From positions 4,059 to 68,058 of the forward strand of contig JAZSQS010000035.1 of NCBI GenBank assembly GCA_045538105.1: a stretch of DNA of 64,000 bases, given 5' to 3'. The notes below the pieces were generated by a model. It made no database searches and had not been told where the DNA came from. It saw only the letters and a list, made by a program, of their open reading frames with translations. Of this stretch, positions 62,694 to 64,000 are shown in pieces. The first letter of the stretch is position 1, and every line of letters begins with the position of its first letter. The position numbers and the translations under genes are program-made. The stretch comes from Akkermansia sp. Its GTDB lineage: Bacteria > Verrucomicrobiota > Verrucomicrobiia > Verrucomicrobiales > Akkermansiaceae.

Positions 62694-64000
62694 ATGAGCC
62701 CGCGTCTCTCCCTTTGCCTTGCAGCAGCATTAGGTTGCCTCCTCGGTGCCTGTGACCAGCAGGATAAGAAGTCCCAACTTTCCCCTGAAGACCAACTGGA
62801 GGAATTAGGGGTGATGCCCACTGACTATGAATCCCAGCTCCTGGGTGAGTCCTCCGGCGGCACCGTCAAAGTCATTCGCCTCCTTATCAAAGCAGGAGTG
62901 AATGTCAACACGGTCGATACGGACGGCCGCACCCCGCTGCACATAGCTGCGGCCGCCGGGCGTGCTCGCATCATCCGCGTCCTTCTTGCCAACGGCGCCA
63001 CCCTGGACGCACTCGACAAGGCAAACCACACGCCTCTCGACCTGGCCATCCTCCAGAAACAGGAAAAAAGCATCCGAGTCCTGAAAGCAGCAGGCGGAAA
63101 AGCCACTGTATCAGAAGCTCCTGCCGTAGTCAGCGCACCACCAGCATTCGTATCCAATTCCACCCCGAAACCGGCAGTCTGGCAAGCCGAGCCTGATAAG
63201 GCCAGCAAACCAGCTCCAGCCGCCACATACAGCTCAGCCAACCCACTGCATGAGGCTGCCAGTCTGGGCAATCTTACTCGGGCTCGCCAGCTGCTCTGCC
63301 AGAATCCGGCGCTCATCAACCAACCAGATACCCAGGGCAACACACCGCTCATGAAAGCTGTGGCTAATAAGCATGCCGCCATGGTAAGCTTCCTCATCTC
63401 CAAAGAGGCCAACCCACACCTCAGAAACGCAGAGGGAAAGACAGCCATGGCGCTGGCAGTGCCACAGGACCACTACCCTACCACACAGGCTCTCATCGTT
63501 GGAGGAGCCCAGGAGCAGCAAAAAACATCCATCCGCCAGAGCCCACCCCTCGTCATCGCCTGTATAAGCCATAAGGAGGATGAAGTGCGCCGACTCATTG
63601 CCAGCGGTGCCGACCTGCAGGTTACTGATAAGCGCGGGTGGACCCTCCTGCACCATGCAGCCCGTTTCGGCAACACGAACATCGTCAGGCAACTGCTGGA
63701 TGCCGGGCTCAATCCCAACGCTGCGGATATGGACCAGTGGACCCCGCTGCACGCTGCCATCTGGCTTCAGAATGAGGAAATCATCAAACTGCTCGTTGAA
63801 CGCGGGGCCAATGTCAATGCCCAGGATAGATTCGGCCGCACTCCCCTCATTGATGCAGCCCGCAAGGGGCATGGCAGGCTCGTCAACCTGCTCATTGGCC
63901 TCGGCGCGAACATCCACCTCCGGGACAAGGAGAACAAAACCGCCCTGAGCTGGGCCTACCAGCGAAAGGACAAATCCATTGTAATCGAAATCAACCAGGC
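62694..64000 (+). CDS. ankyrin-repeat lipoprotein, C-terminal end outside window
   Basis: My own translation gives MSPRLSLCLAAALGCLLGACDQQ (lipobox), then at least 5 ankyrin repeats (DGRTPLHIAAAAGRARIIRVLLANGA, GNTPLMKAVANKHAAMVSFLISKEA, RGWTLLHHAARFGNTNIVRQLLDAGLNPNA, QWTPLHAAIWLQNEEIIKLLVERGANVNA, FGRTPLIDAARKGHGRLVNLLIGLGANI). The frame is open to the window end, which explains its absence from the ORF track. Confidence 0.8.
   Translation, partial: MSPRLSLCLAAALGCLLGACDQQDKKSQLSPEDQLEELGVMPTDYESQLLGESSGGTVKVIRLLIKAGVNVNTVDTDGRTPLHIAAAAGRARIIRVLLANGATLDALDKANHTPLDLAILQKQEKSIRVLKAAGGKATVSEAPAVVSAPPAFVSNSTPKPAVWQAEPDKASKPAPAATYSSANPLHEAASLGNLTRARQLLCQNPALINQPDTQGNTPLMKAVANKHAAMVSFLISKEANPHLRNAEGKTAMALAVPQDHYPTTQALIVGGAQEQQKTSIRQSPPLVIACISHKEDEVRRLIASGADLQVTDKRGWTLLHHAARFGNTNIVRQLLDAGLNPNAADMDQWTPLHAAIWLQNEEIIKLLVERGANVNAQDRFGRTPLIDAARKGHGRLVNLLIGLGANIHLRDKENKTALSWAYQRKDKSIVIEINQ

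Overview
Gene-dense 64-kb bacterial chromosomal segment with about 55 protein genes on both strands and 4 tRNA genes. I found no rRNA, CRISPR array, transposase or integrase. Most genes are housekeeping: gpmA, pfk, polA, aspS, ispG, ispF, tyrA, rsgA, coaB, parB, hemW, katA, a Ca-pump-like P-type ATPase, a heterodimeric ABC exporter and a peptide-type ABC importer. There is also amino-sugar catabolism (nanA, AGE epimerase, nagB) and many secreted or lipoprotein genes with Sel1, ankyrin, PDZ or no recognisable domains. This gene content and the GC-rich coding sequence look like a host-associated, mucin-degrading Verrucomicrobiota (Akkermansia-like) genome. That is an inference from memory, not a search result. 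All calls rest on motifs read from the ORF track or my own translation, and no homology search was run. Best candidate for something undescribed: two related composite repeat elements (26173-26431 and 60444-61135). Each is built from arrays of variable GC-rich hairpins separated by an invariant ATATCGT linker and mirrored on the other arm. The larger element carries a four-helix-bundle (Avd / 23S-IVS-protein family) gene, and the smaller one fills the gap between convergent katA and ispG. Other points of interest: a phosphofructokinase paralogue and a PBP5-like lipoprotein that have both lost catalytic residues and are translationally coupled; a dCMP-deaminase/ADP-ribosylglycohydrolase fusion coupled to an orphan ABC ATPase and an AT-rich membrane protein; many sigma70-like promoters ending 6-12 nt before the ATG (leaderless mRNAs); recurrent polybasic C-terminal tails; a His-rich secreted repeat protein; a tandem family of an unknown secreted domain; and an ankyrin-YkuD fusion. 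Two window-edge ORFs (1-2882 minus, 62694-64000 plus) are missing from the ORF track because their stops lie outside the window.
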